A DNA stretch of 64,000 nucleotides, from positions 192,505-256,504 of the forward strand of contig JAVZZH010000002.1 of the NCBI GenBank assembly GCA_038885755.1, in the 5' to 3' direction. Below are positions 27,405-37,299 of this stretch, one piece after another; positions within the stretch are counted from its first letter, which is position 1, and each line of letters opens with the position of its first letter. The position numbers were made by a program, and so were the translations under genes. Origin of the DNA: Candidatus Caldarchaeum sp. (GTDB lineage: Archaea; Thermoproteota; Nitrososphaeria_A; Caldarchaeales; Caldarchaeaceae). Below the pieces are notes generated by a model. That model was not told the DNA's origin and ran no database searches. It was given only the letters and a program-made list of their open reading frames with translations.

Positions 27405-29732
27405 ATGCGGCGGATGACTGCTTTGTACGGGATGCCGGTCTCATGGACGGTTCCCAGCCAGTCAAACCCGGCAATCAAATACACCGTGGTGTTTGACGGG
27501 GAGAAGTTCACGTGCACGTGTCCAGACTATACGTTCAGGAGGAAGGATTGTAAGCATATCTATGCCGTCAAGCTCTCGGAGGGGTTGTTAAACACCGACA
27601 TCCGGCCAGTCAAGCCTGCCAGAAAGTATGTCGAGCATCCCATGGTCAGGGAAGGCGCTGTTGAGGACAGGGATTACCAGAGGGCTATTGTGAGAGAGGC
27701 TTTGGAGGGCAACACGCTTGTCGTGCTGCCGACGGCTCTGGGGAAAACCGTCGTGGCCGAGCTTGTTGCAGCAGAGCTTCTGCACAGACATCCCGGCTCG
27801 AGGATAATGGTCATGGCTCCCACCAAGCCTCTCGCCCTCCAGCATAGAGACAGCTTCCTCAAACACCTCAAGCTTTCAGAGGATGAGGTGGCTGTTGCGA
27901 CGGGTGAGACGAGGGACAGGGAGGCGCTGTGGAGAAGCCCTAGGGTAAGGGTTTTTCTCGCAACACCTCAGACGGTGTGGAACGATGTCAGGAATGGTCT
28001 GGTAGCGCTTGAGGAATACTCTCTGCTGGTCTTCGACGAGTGCCACAGGAGCAGGAGCAGGTACGCCTACACAAGGCTGGCGTCCGAATACGTCAGGAAG
28101 TGTCCGTGGCCGGTTATTCTAGCCCTGACAGCCAGCCCCGGAAGCGAGGAGGACAAGGTGATGGAGGTATGCAGAAACCTGCTGATAGAGAAGGTTGTAT
28201 GGATGGGTGAGGAGGATGAGGAGGTTGCCGGATACATCCCCGGCGTCTCCGTCTCGTGGGAGAGGGTTGACCTGCCGCCCGAGTACGAGAAGGTCAGAAG
28301 TGCTGTGAAGAACATGATAGACGGCTTCGTCAAACAGCTCTACGGCTCGGGGATGTTCAAAACCCCCGCCGAAGCGGTCAACAGGAAGACTGTTGTACAG
28401 TTCATGGGCAGGCTGAGGGCTGAGATAGACTCCGGCGTGAAAGGACGGAACATGCACTACATGGCGTTATGCTCGACCATCCTAAGCCTCTTCCACGCTC
28501 AGGAGCTCGTGGAAAGCCAGCACATACACTCCCTCAGAAAATACCTCGAGGAGGTTTCAAGGTCGCCGCTCAGAAGCCACAGAATGCTGTCCGGAACCCC
28601 TGAGTTCGCGGAGCTGGTGAGGCTTGCGGCCGGCGTGGAGGCCGACCATCCCAAGCTCGACAGGCTTGTCGAACTCACCGTCAAACATTTGACGGAGAAG
28701 CCGGGGGACAGGGTCATGGTTTTCGCAAACATAAGACACACGGCTGAAGTAATAGTGGCTAGGCTGAGGGAGAACGGCGTCGCCGCCGAGCTGTTCGTGG
28801 GAAAGGCCGAGGGCAAGGAAGGCCCCCGGATGACTCAGGAGGAGCAGAGAAGCATTCTTCAGAGGTTCAGAGAAGGCGGGATAAACGTTCTCGTCGCAAC
28901 CTCCATCGGCGAGGAGGGCCTAGACATACCTGAATGCGGCTACGTAATCTTCTACGAGCCCGCCGTCTCAGGCATAAGATACGTTCAGAGACGCGGGAGG
29001 ACGGGGAGAAAGCTTCCCGGAAAGGTGACAATCCTGCTGACCAGAAACACCGTGGACGAATACTACTTCAGAGAGGGTTATAGAAGAGCGAGGAGGATGT
29101 CTCAGATACTGGAGAAGGTCTCGGCGAGGCTTGACGAGTTCAGGCTTTCCAGAAAAGGCCCCCGGCCTGAGCCGGGGCAGCCGTGGCCTTGGAGAAGAGC
29201 CGACACCCTCGAGATAGAGGTTCCCGAAACAGCTGCAAAGCCTGCTGCAGGCTACGCTGGAGTAGACGTGCCTGAGGTCAGGCCTGTGAAGAAAGGGCCG
29301 AGCAGCAGAGAGGTGTACCACTATGCGAGATACCTTTACAGGAAGCTTCTTGAGAAAGGTTTGGACGGGCTGTCCGAGGCTGAGGTCATGGCAGACCCGG
29401 ACCAGATGCCCGACACGATTAGAGCAGCCGTGAAACACCTAGAGCGAGACGGGCTGATAACCCGCGTCAACGGCAGGATAGTCGCCAGAGCCGTTGTCAG
29501 AAGCATCTCCGGACAAAGCATGGGAGAGATACACACAATCAGGGTTGAGAAGATATATCCCGGGTTCGCCGTGGTATGGGTTGACGACAGGTTTAAAGCA
29601 CGTCTAGAGCCGGCAGCCTACAACGGACCGAGAGAGCTGATGAGAAAAGGCAGCCAGTTCAAGGCCAGAGTCCTGTTCAGAAGAGTGGACGGAGCGCTGA
29701 ACATCTCTGTGCAGGACGTTGTCTCGGTCTAA
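27405..29732 (+). CDS. Hef/Mph1(FANCM)-like SF2 helicase with N-terminal SWIM finger, no ERCC4 nuclease domain
   Basis: SWIM CTCPD...CKH; YVEHP...RDYQ; PTALGKT; DECH; TAS; EEGLDIP; QRRGRTGR. The C-terminus looks like wHTH plus OB, with no ERKxxxD. Confidence 0.88.
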   Translation: MRRMTALYGMPVSWTVPSQSNPAIKYTVVFDGEKFTCTCPDYTFRRKDCKHIYAVKLSEGLLNTDIRPVKPARKYVEHPMVREGAVEDRDYQRAIVREALEGNTLVVLPTALGKTVVAELVAAELLHRHPGSRIMVMAPTKPLALQHRDSFLKHLKLSEDEVAVATGETRDREALWRSPRVRVFLATPQTVWNDVRNGLVALEEYSLLVFDECHRSRSRYAYTRLASEYVRKCPWPVILALTASPGSEEDKVMEVCRNLLIEKVVWMGEEDEEVAGYIPGVSVSWERVDLPPEYEKVRSAVKNMIDGFVKQLYGSGMFKTPAEAVNRKTVVQFMGRLRAEIDSGVKGRNMHYMALCSTILSLFHAQELVESQHIHSLRKYLEEVSRSPLRSHRMLSGTPEFAELVRLAAGVEADHPKLDRLVELTVKHLTEKPGDRVMVFANIRHTAEVIVARLRENGVAAELFVGKAEGKEGPRMTQEEQRSILQRFREGGINVLVATSIGEEGLDIPECGYVIFYEPAVSGIRYVQRRGRTGRKLPGKVTILLTRNTVDEYYFREGYRRARRMSQILEKVSARLDEFRLSRKGPRPEPGQPWPWRRADTLEIEVPETAAKPAAGYAGVDVPEVRPVKKGPSSREVYHYARYLYRKLLEKGLDGLSEAEVMADPDQMPDTIRAAVKHLERDGLITRVNGRIVARAVVRSISGQSMGEIHTIRVEKIYPGFAVVWVDDRFKARLEPAAYNGPRELMRKGSQFKARVLFRRVDGALNISVQDVVSV

Positions 29733-30035
29733 ACCGCCCGCCCCGTCCACCACGGCGAAGACCCTGCCATCCCCGCCCGTCGGGAGATACAGCGGGAGAA
29801 CGTTATAGACTCTGGCTGTTTCCTTCTCTTCCACACTCCATACGGCGTGAGTGTTTTTACACAACTGATTGACGGCGGCGTCGTCGAAGAATTTAGGCCT
29901 GTATTTGATGAACCGCTCCACATCCGTGGATATGATGCACGTGGATAAAACGGGATATGGCCTTTTTACCGAGCTGGAGAAAGCCCTTAGGAATGGCCAC
30001 AACCGACTATATTCAGCCAGAGATGTGGATGAGCC

Positions 30036-30699
30036 ATGAGAGGTTTCGAGAGTTTTGTGAATGAAGCAGGGCGGGAAACCACGGTGGAAGAGGGCGACAG
30101 GACGCAGAAGGAGGCCGAGCCATACCTAGCCGCAACTCTTTCCGCAGACCTGTGGAAAACCCTTCTGAATGTTCTCAAGCAGACCGATAATGCGTTGTTT
30201 ATCCGACGAGCTGGATTCCACACCTACTTGTCCAAGCGGTTTTAGACAGTATCCGCGGAGAGGGGATTTTTCAGAGGGCATGCTTTTCGTCAGGGAAATG
30301 TATGATTTCCTGAAAAGCCTCGGCAACAACACACCCGTCAAATACGTTTACTCGTTAAGCCCGCATGGAGAAGGCTGTGATATATCTATCTCTGCCCAAG
30401 GAGATCTGTTGGGACACATTACTTTCTGCAGAGAGCTTGATAAGTCAGAGCCCCTGCCTATTCCTCAAGCAGAGGCTTCAACCAGCGTCAAGACGCTTAA
30501 ACAGCTCCTGTCATCTTTCAGCGGAGCGATGGACGGGGTGAAGATAATCATGGGCGACGGCAGGCTGGGCCTGAAGGCGAAGACGGACGAGGGGATAAGG
30601 GAGATGAGCATGCAGGGCGCCTGCGTGGGAAGCGACAGGGGCTACTTCAACGGTGGTTTGCTGGCCCTTCTCGTCAGACATCAGACACCAGCCCTCTAG
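30036..30699 (+). pseudogene. Divergent PCNA/sliding-clamp-like gene, frameshifted and truncated
   Basis: Two overlapping ORFs: ATLSADLWKTLLNVL...; then ...PLPIPQAEASTSVKTLKQLLSSF..MDGVKI..GDGRLGLKAKTDEG. The alternating strand/helix pattern resembles PCNA. Confidence 0.4.
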
Positions 30700-30805
30700 G
30701 TAAAACCAGCTGAGGCCTTTCAGTTTCGAAGCCTGTGCTGACCAGCGCCGACGACTCCACAACGTTGCTAAGACTGCGTGTCTCTATCCTTATCCTTACT
30801 CTCAC
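30680..30805 (-). pseudogene. Fragment of crenarchaeal retropepsin-like (VRVRIRI...ALVNTGFE) family gene
   Basis: Translates to VRVRIRIETRSLSNVVESSALVSTGFETERPQLVLP, then an early stop. Confidence 0.4.
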
Positions 30806-31024
30806 CGCAGCCTTTCTTCACCATTGTGAATATGTGGCCTATCTTCTTTCGCCTGATGAAGATGTGTCCAACCCTGCCTGTCAAAAGACGTACCCCACAT
30901 ATGTTTGTCTGAGCCTTCTTTAAAGCTGTTTCCACAAAAGCTGGCGGATGGATTCCGAGCCACGGCGGCGAGGTCGAAGCTTTCCGGGAAAATGGTGAGG
31001 CCGTGTTTGCTGATGCTTTGTTAT

Positions 31025-31738
31025 TTAGAGTCTAAACCCCCAGACCGGCAGTATTTCCGGAAGCTTTCTTTCAAACTCTTCTCTCGTGCCCGAGAACTTG
31101 TTCTGGCCGAGCTCAATCATGTAAACATAGTCGGCGACGGACAAGGCTTTGGTCACGTTCTGTTCAACCAGAAGTATAGTCTTACCCTCGTCCCTCAGCA
31201 GCTTTATGGTTTTGAAGACCTGTTCGAGAATCTTAGGCGAAAGCCCTGCGGAAGGCTCGTCCATTAGGACGAGGCTCGGGTTCGTTAGAAGTGTTTTCGC
31301 TATCTGCAGCAGCTTTTGCTGGCCTCCGCTTAGGTTTCCGGCCTTTTCGTTCTTTTTCTGCTCTAAACCCGGGAAACGGGAGTAGGTTTCTCTAATCCTT
31401 TCCCTAACAAGGTTCTTGTTTCTTCTGAAAAGCCAAAGCCCTGCCATCAGGTTTTCATCTACGGTCAAGTGTGGAAAAACTCCGCTGTTTTGAGATACGT
31501 AGGAGACCCCTCTGCGCAGCATGTCGTGAGGTTTTAACCCTGTCACATCCACTCCTTCATGGATTATCCGGCCGTGGAACGGTTTAAGATAGCCGAAAAT
31601 CGTTTTGAGAAGCGTTGACTTACCAGACCCGTTGGGCCCCACTACACATGTGACCGAACTCCTGTAGACACTCATCGAGACTTTTCTCAGAACGTTAACA
31701 TCCCTGAAGTAGCCGGAGTAGAGGTCTCTGACCGCCAG
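31025..31738 (-). CDS. livF: Branched-chain amino acid ABC ATP-binding subunit (LivF-like)
   Basis: GPNGSGKST, LSGGQQK, DEPSAGLSP, LVEQN. The frame continues upstream of ATG 31675 (LAVRDLYSGY), so the start is uncertain. Confidence 0.88.
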   Translation of the reverse strand: MAVRDLYSGYFRDVNVLRKVSMSVYRSSVTCVVGPNGSGKSTLLKTIFGYLKPFHGRIIHEGVDVTGLKPHDMLRRGVSYVSQNSGVFPHLTVDENLMAGLWLFRRNKNLVRERIRETYSRFPGLEQKKNEKAGNLSGGQQKLLQIAKTLLTNPSLVLMDEPSAGLSPKILEQVFKTIKLLRDEGKTILLVEQNVTKALSVADYVYMIELGQNKFSGTREEFERKLPEILPVWGFRL

Positions 31739-31745
31739 CGCTACG

Positions 31746-32450
31746 TCAGACGCCGAGGTAAAGCCTTATCACCTCCCTGTCTGCCTGTATCTCCTCCGGC
31801 TTGCCTTCAGCTATCTTCTTACCTGCGTTCATGACTATCAGCCTGTCGCTGATCCATGATATGGTGTGGATGTCATGGCTCACTATCAGGAAAGTCTTCC
31901 CCTCCCTTTTCATCTTCATGATAAGCTCGGCAAGCCTTGACACTATGGATGGGTGGACGCCTGCGAAAGGCTCGTCCAGAAGCAGAATCTTAGGCTCGAG
32001 CATCAAAGCTCTGGCAAACTCGAGAAGCTTTTGCTGGCCGCTTGACAGAGTTCCAGCCTTTTCAAATAGTTTGTCGGAAAGATTTACGAGATGCAGCAGT
32101 TCGATAGCCTTGTTGTAAAGGTCAGTATTGCTTGAAGCGTTGCGGCTGATTGGAGCAAGCATGTTTTCTACGACGCTGAGGTCTTTGAAGACCTTAGTTA
32201 TCTGGAACGTTCTACCAACCCCCATCACGGCTATCTGATGTGGTTTTAGCAGGTGGATGGGGTTGTTGTCGAGCGTTATGCTGCCTGTGTCTGGTTTGGT
32301 TACGCCGTTTATCAGGTTGAGGAGTGTTGTCTTCCCAGACCCGTTAGGCCCAATTATCCCCAGAACCTCTGCTCTACCAACTTTAAGGCTTAATCCATCC
32401 ACAGCCGTGATACCGCTAAACCTTTTCGAAACCTGCTCAACCACGAGCAA
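31746..32450 (-). CDS. livG: Branched-chain amino acid ABC ATP-binding subunit (LivG-like)
   Basis: GPNGSGKTT, GRTFQ, DEPFAGV, C-terminal YLG. Confidence 0.9.
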   Translation of the reverse strand: MLVVEQVSKRFSGITAVDGLSLKVGRAEVLGIIGPNGSGKTTLLNLINGVTKPDTGSITLDNNPIHLLKPHQIAVMGVGRTFQITKVFKDLSVVENMLAPISRNASSNTDLYNKAIELLHLVNLSDKLFEKAGTLSSGQQKLLEFARALMLEPKILLLDEPFAGVHPSIVSRLAELIMKMKREGKTFLIVSHDIHTISWISDRLIVMNAGKKIAEGKPEEIQADREVIRLYLGV

Positions 32451-33396
32451 TTGGATCGCTCGCCTCCTCCGCCGCCGGCTTCCGCCTCGGAATCAGCAGT
32501 TTTGAAAAGGTTCCATATAGACCCGACGGCATGAATCTTATGAAGAGCATCATGACGATGCCTAGCAGGATTATCCTGTATTCTTCTATGAACCGTAGAT
32601 ATTCAGCGGTAAGTGTGACGACGTAAGCGCCTATCACGGGCCCTACGATAGACCCGCCGCCACCTATCCCCCACATAAGCACCAACCTCAGGAGATGGTC
32701 TAGGAAAAAGATGCTTGCTCCAACGCTCGTCATGTATGTTGTGAAAAACCCTCCCGCAAGGCCGGCAAACATTGATCCTACGACGTTAGCAAGCAGCTTG
32801 TGCTTCACTGTGTCGATGCCTATTGTCTCAGCAGCTGTTTCATCCTCTTTCAGGGCTTTCATCCGCAGCCCCGTCCTAGAGCTTCCCAAGAGAAGCAATA
32901 CGGCCACCGTTGCAAGCATGAACGATAACGTTATGTAGAAGTTTGTTACCGGGCTTTTAGAGATCGGTGCTATTCCGTGAAGTCCTAGCTCGCCTCCTGT
33001 TATTTCGTGGAACTGTCTGGCTAGCGCGTAAGAGAGCACGAGAAACGCGAAGGTTACAAGGGTTAGCAGCAGGTATCTGAACCTCAGGCACAGTATTCCG
33101 ACCATGAAGCCTAGCGCAGCGCCTGCCAAGCCGCCTGCGAATACCGCTGCCAACGGAGGAAGGTTAAGCCACAGGATGAGCCATGCCGTGACAAACGCGC
33201 CCCATCCAAAAACAGCTGTGTGTCCTGCTGTCAACTGTCCTGTGTAGCCTACTATGATGTCCAAGCTGGCTGCAAGCACTGCAAAAACATGTATGATTAT
33301 AAAAACTCTGAGAAGGTAGCTGTCGCCGGTGAACAACGGATGCGCTGCGTAAACGCCTACCAAGACCATGGCTGGAATCAGCCGTCTGCCTCTCAT
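32437..33396 (-). CDS. livM: Branched-chain amino acid ABC permease (LivM-like)
   Basis: GYTGQL..GH..FG.GA, TGGELG, ALKEDETAA..IGID, PSGLYG. Confidence 0.9.
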   Translation of the reverse strand: MRGRRLIPAMVLVGVYAAHPLFTGDSYLLRVFIIIHVFAVLAASLDIIVGYTGQLTAGHTAVFGWGAFVTAWLILWLNLPPLAAVFAGGLAGAALGFMVGILCLRFRYLLLTLVTFAFLVLSYALARQFHEITGGELGLHGIAPISKSPVTNFYITLSFMLATVAVLLLLGSSRTGLRMKALKEDETAAETIGIDTVKHKLLANVVGSMFAGLAGGFFTTYMTSVGASIFFLDHLLRLVLMWGIGGGGSIVGPVIGAYVVTLTAEYLRFIEEYRIILLGIVMMLFIRFMPSGLYGTFSKLLIPRRKPAAEEASDPIARG

Positions 33397-34301
33397 GCTA
33401 CCCTCTCCCTAGCTCCGAAGATTCCCTGCGGCCTGAGCAGCAGCACTATGATTATCGCAACGGCGAGGTTAACGAACCTGAACCAGCCTCCGATGTATAC
33501 TGCTCCGAACACATCCGACAAAGCAAGTATGAATGCTGCTGGGACTATGCCCCAAAGGCTTCCTAAGCCAGCCAGCAGTGAAACAGCTATAGCCACCATA
33601 TTCATCTGGCTCATTAGTATGGGTGAGAGGAAAAGCGTCGAAGCTATGCTGACGCCGGTCAAGATCGTCACCACGGATGAAAAAAACACCCCCAGCATTA
33701 TCATACGCTCTGGATTCATGCCTGATGCGGCCGCGGCTTCAATATTGTCTATCGTAGCCCTTAACCCAAGCCCTACCCAAGTCCTGTTCATCAGCAGCCA
33801 CAGCACAGCTATGGCCGAAAGAGTCAGCATTGCGACACCTATCTTTTGAAAGCTCACCGACAGCGCACCAACCTCCACCGTCCCGGGCAAAAACGTTGGG
33901 AACGGCAAACCCCAAGGCCCGTACACCACAACCGTCAACCTTTCAAGAACAATCAAAAGAGCGAGCGTCGAGAGAGTGCTTGGGATGTGGTGATGCCTTA
34001 TGGGATGGAGGAAGTATCTGTAGAAGAGTGTGTTGCAAACGCTTAGGACCGCGACGCTTACTATGACTGATGCCGCGAGAGGGAGGCCTAGGTAGGCGAG
34101 CGTAGTGTATGTCAGGTACCCGCCGAGCATCAGCAACGCTCCATGGGCAAAGTTGAAGATTCCCGTCGACATATAATACAGTGAGAGGCTTATACCTGCT
34201 GCTGCGAAAATGGAACCAAGCAACAGGCTGTCGAGAAGTTGGGGGAGAACCATGTCGAACGGCTGAAAAATATGTTTGGATGATTTACGTTTCTCACCCA
34301 C
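33393..34301 (-). CDS. livH: Branched-chain amino acid ABC permease (LivH-like)
   Basis: NFAHG, GLRAT.DN.EAA..SG, RPQGIFG. Probable start ATG 34253. Confidence 0.9.
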   Translation of the reverse strand: MGEKRKSSKHIFQPFDMVLPQLLDSLLLGSIFAAAGISLSLYYMSTGIFNFAHGALLMLGGYLTYTTLAYLGLPLAASVIVSVAVLSVCNTLFYRYFLHPIRHHHIPSTLSTLALLIVLERLTVVVYGPWGLPFPTFLPGTVEVGALSVSFQKIGVAMLTLSAIAVLWLLMNRTWVGLGLRATIDNIEAAAASGMNPERMIMLGVFFSSVVTILTGVSIASTLFLSPILMSQMNMVAIAVSLLAGLGSLWGIVPAAFILALSDVFGAVYIGGWFRFVNLAVAIIIVLLLRPQGIFGARERVA

Positions 34302-35598
34302 CAGTCCTCGGAACCTTCACCCATGGTGCTGGCTTCCAGCTGTCGGGCTTGCCGACAGGCGGCGGCCAGACAACCACCACTTCAGGCTGTCCGTCGACAA
34401 TCTGCCACTGTGCCACAGGTCCTCCCAGAGGAGAATCTATCTTATACGGCGGCCCAAGCCAAGACATGTGCTGATGGTATTTCGTGAACTTCACCTTCCC
34501 CCTCAAGGTCTGAAACTCGTTTTCCTCCATCGCTTTGACGAGCTTGTCAGGATTAGTGGTACCCGCTATCTTTATGGCTTGGAATATTACTTGAAGAGCT
34601 TCGTAGGTGTCTGCGGCTTGGTTAAGTGCTTCCGGGCCGTATTTGGCGACGTATTTCTCGGTCCATGGAACTAGCTCTGGCGTCACAGCCAGCTTTATGA
34701 CAGGAGCTGCGAAGGCTGTTGTCTCATACTGGGCTCTGCCTTCTGTCTTAGCCCACGCCTCAGGGCTTGCGATAGGGTTGTTCACACCTATCAAGAAGGC
34801 GTTTATCTTCTGCTCGGCGTAAAGCCTGGTGACCAAGTAGCCGTTGTCAGAGGAGAAGACCGGGAAGATGACGTCTGCACCCCAGCTTTCTATGGCCTTC
34901 AATTCCGGTATGTCTGTCACACCCAAGGGGACAACCCACGTCTTGACCGTGAAGCCTTTCGCCTCGAGCCTAGGCGTCTCAGCAGCCACCAACCCTCTGG
35001 CCCAAAGAACATCCTCCTGAAGGAAGGCAATCTTCTTCACACCATACTTCGGAGACAGATAGTTCATGATGAAGTCTGTGAGCATGTTTCCCAGAGATGT
35101 CGCGTTCGTCGTGGACCTGAAGACATACTTGTATCTTTCATAGTTGTCGATGACAAGCTTTGTTAACGCGGGTGTCTGCGCCGTCCCGACCACTAGCGGA
35201 ACTTTATGGTCAGCCGCCAGCTCCGCCACAACCATAGCCACCTCGCTCCTGAATATCCCAGCCAAGGCTACAACCTTGTCCTGGAGAATAGCCCTCTCCG
35301 CCACAAGCTTGCCTGTGTCGGGCTTGTCCTCGTAGTCATAAACGATGACGTCAACCTTCCTGCCTAACAGACCTCCGGCAGCGTTTATATCTGCCTCAGC
35401 AAGCTCGGCTGCGTTGCTCATAGCTTTCCCAGCTCTGGCTGGAGGGCCTGTCAGCGGAGCGAGAACTCCTATCTTTATCGGCTCAGCAGACGCCGTCGTT
35501 AAACCTCCGAGAACGATGTAGAGCCCTACGCCGACGGCCAGTATAACCAAAACAACAGCGACAGACGCCGTCTTGGACAGAGCGGTTCTGTTTCCCAT
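34294..35598 (-). CDS. Branched-chain amino acid ABC substrate-binding protein (LivK-like)
   Basis: IKIGVLAPLTG, INAAGGLLGRKV, QWQ...VVWP; N-terminal TM. Start moved to ATG 35598. Confidence 0.88.
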   Translation of the reverse strand: MGNRTALSKTASVAVVLVILAVGVGLYIVLGGLTTASAEPIKIGVLAPLTGPPARAGKAMSNAAELAEADINAAGGLLGRKVDVIVYDYEDKPDTGKLVAERAILQDKVVALAGIFRSEVAMVVAELAADHKVPLVVGTAQTPALTKLVIDNYERYKYVFRSTTNATSLGNMLTDFIMNYLSPKYGVKKIAFLQEDVLWARGLVAAETPRLEAKGFTVKTWVVPLGVTDIPELKAIESWGADVIFPVFSSDNGYLVTRLYAEQKINAFLIGVNNPIASPEAWAKTEGRAQYETTAFAAPVIKLAVTPELVPWTEKYVAKYGPEALNQAADTYEALQVIFQAIKIAGTTNPDKLVKAMEENEFQTLRGKVKFTKYHQHMSWLGPPYKIDSPLGGPVAQWQIVDGQPEVVVVWPPPVGKPDSWKPAPWVKVPRTGG

Positions 35599-35832
35599 AA
35601 CCTCCCCCATTTCCCTCCACACTTTATATATATGCATTCCATTACATTTATATATTTTTATCTTTTTGTCGCCGCCAACCACGTCGGTTCGCTTGCCAAC
35701 ACAGGTTATGTGTTTCCTGCAACTAAACCAAATCCATGTTGGAGGCCCGGCCGGCTAGAACAGCATCAGAGAAACCTATGAAAGGCCGGCTGTTATGTGA
35801 TTTGTCATGCAGGCCTTACGGGTTTTTTCTCT

Positions 35833-35901
35833 GATAGTGTCCGGATAACGCCTTAAATAGTCTCGTCTCTCAGTCAAGGAGGGTAGTTAGAAAGTTTAGC
35901 G
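35833..35901. mobile_element. Partial second copy (left end only) of the 18189 MITE
   Basis: GATAGTGTCCGGATAACGCCTTAAATAGTCTC...AGGAGGGTAGTTAGAAAG..TAGCG matches 18189-18251 with few differences; no right IR follows. Confidence 0.75.
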
Positions 35902-36012
35902 CCTTATATAATACCAGCCCTAAACCAAGCAAACCCGTAGAACAATTCGGTCTTTAGCAAGGGTTTTGGAAGAGGACTGTAGCACGCTATTGAAGATGTC
36001 GGCCAGAACAGG

Positions 36013-36402
36013 TCAGCTGAATGAGCTTCTCTGAAACCTTTCAACATATTCTTTTAAGGCGACGGCGTTGTTGTGCTCAACATTCTTAGCAGAAAAGAGA
36101 AGCGTCACACTACCGTATGTTCTCTCTTTTTCCAGTATTTTTTCCACGAGATACCTTTTTGTTTCAAGCTCTTTGAAGTAACGCTGTTTGAACCCCTCCC
36201 ATTTTTCGGGATCATGTCCAAACCATTTCCTCAACGATGTGCTGGGCGCCACATCCCTCATCCACAGTCCTATGCTGGCTTTATCCCGTCTCAGCCCACG
36301 GGGCCACAGCCTGTCAACTAAAATTCTGAACCCGTCGTCAGGTAGGGGGTTATCATATACACGTTTAACTCGAATCAACTGGTTGTAAGAGTCTGTAGCC
36401 AT
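36013..36402 (-). CDS. DUF488 family protein (YeaO-like)
   Basis: KRVYD...DGFRILVDRLWPRG...APS..LRKWFGHDP.KW..F..RY..EL...HNNAVAL. Confidence 0.9.
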   Translation of the reverse strand: MATDSYNQLIRVKRVYDNPLPDDGFRILVDRLWPRGLRRDKASIGLWMRDVAPSTSLRKWFGHDPEKWEGFKQRYFKELETKRYLVEKILEKERTYGSVTLLFSAKNVEHNNAVALKEYVERFQRSSFS

Positions 36403-36439
36403 TTATAAAGATGCAAGCCAACTCCCTAAACGAATGCGT

Positions 36440-36925
36440 TCAAACTGTATTTTCAAAACGGTATCTTTCAGACGGCGGTTCCAGCTTTATCTTTGGAGAA
36501 GGCTCGGCGAAGAACTCGCCTGAGGCGAAAGCAGCTCTACCATCCCCCATATCCAAGTAACAGTATCCGCGACCGTCGAACACCACTATATCGGCTGCCC
36601 CTAAAACCTCGGCAGCTATGTTTCGTGCAACAACCACTCCCTGAGACTCGGCGAACACTCCTGCCTTCGGTAGAAACATTCCATTCTTAAGCTTCACAGC
36701 AGCCACATCACCTACGGCGAAAACGTTTTCAAACTCTGTCTTCAAAGTATAGAGGTCTACGGGCACCCATCCCGTCGAGCCCGTCAACCCTGCCTCCCTC
36801 ACGACTTGGCGCGGTGTGGCAGAATACCGACAAGCACATCGTAAGATGCTTCGCCTCTCTCAAATACTATTTTTCTTGAGACCCCATCAATGCTTACAAC
36901 CCTTTGCTGTCTATAGAACGTTGTC
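36440..36925 (-). pseudogene. C-terminal remnant of sulfide:quinone oxidoreductase-like flavoprotein
   Basis: GWVPVD..TL...NVFAVGDV...LPKAGVFAE.QG...FDGRGYC. An upstream piece (KIVFERGEASYDVLVG) lies in another frame; the N-terminal FAD motif is absent. Confidence 0.7.
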
Positions 36926-37116
36926 GAAGCATCTCCTCGTTTATGGCCTGTTGTAGCTGGTGAAGCCTCTCTGTCGTAGATGGGTTGAAGGTTTGTTTTT
37001 GGGGTTGTCGTGTAGGTAATGGGGTCTTTATGGGTTGAGGGTGGAAGGCTATACTTCAGCTATAAAGAGGATGAGGAGAGTTTTTCATTCCCAGCGGCCG
37101 CTTCCCACGCTATAAG

Positions 37117-37299
37117 ATGGGGGATGGATACTGTAGCAGATGCAGGAAGACATACCCGAACGGCGACAGATGTCCAGAATGCAGCAGAACACTGAGAAAA
37201 ACCCGAGCAAGAAAAAAGCAGACAGATGAGCATTATAGCATTATGCGGGGGAGGGGATTTGAACCCCTGAACCCCTTCGGGAGCAGGTTTCTCAACTGA
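37117..37299 (+). CDS. Small Zn-ribbon protein (CxxC...CPxC..LR), possibly degenerate
   Basis: GYCSRC...CPECSRTLR; the 3' end runs into the antisense tRNA. Confidence 0.35.
   Translation: MGDGYCSRCRKTYPNGDRCPECSRTLRKTRARKKQTDEHYSIMRGRGFEPLNPFGSRFLN

Noticed and set aside
29604-30002. 132-aa minus-strand ORF between the helicase and the clamp-like gene
   Set aside because: Overlaps the helicase 3' end by ~130 bp and has no recognisable motif; may be a fragment but cannot be supported.
18189-35901. Composite transposon bounded by the two MITE copies
   Set aside because: The second copy lacks a right IR and no shared target duplication is present, so a discrete transposon cannot be called.
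37244-37290. tRNA-Leu 3' end as att site of the accessory region
   Set aside because: No second copy of the tRNA 3' sequence was found in the window.
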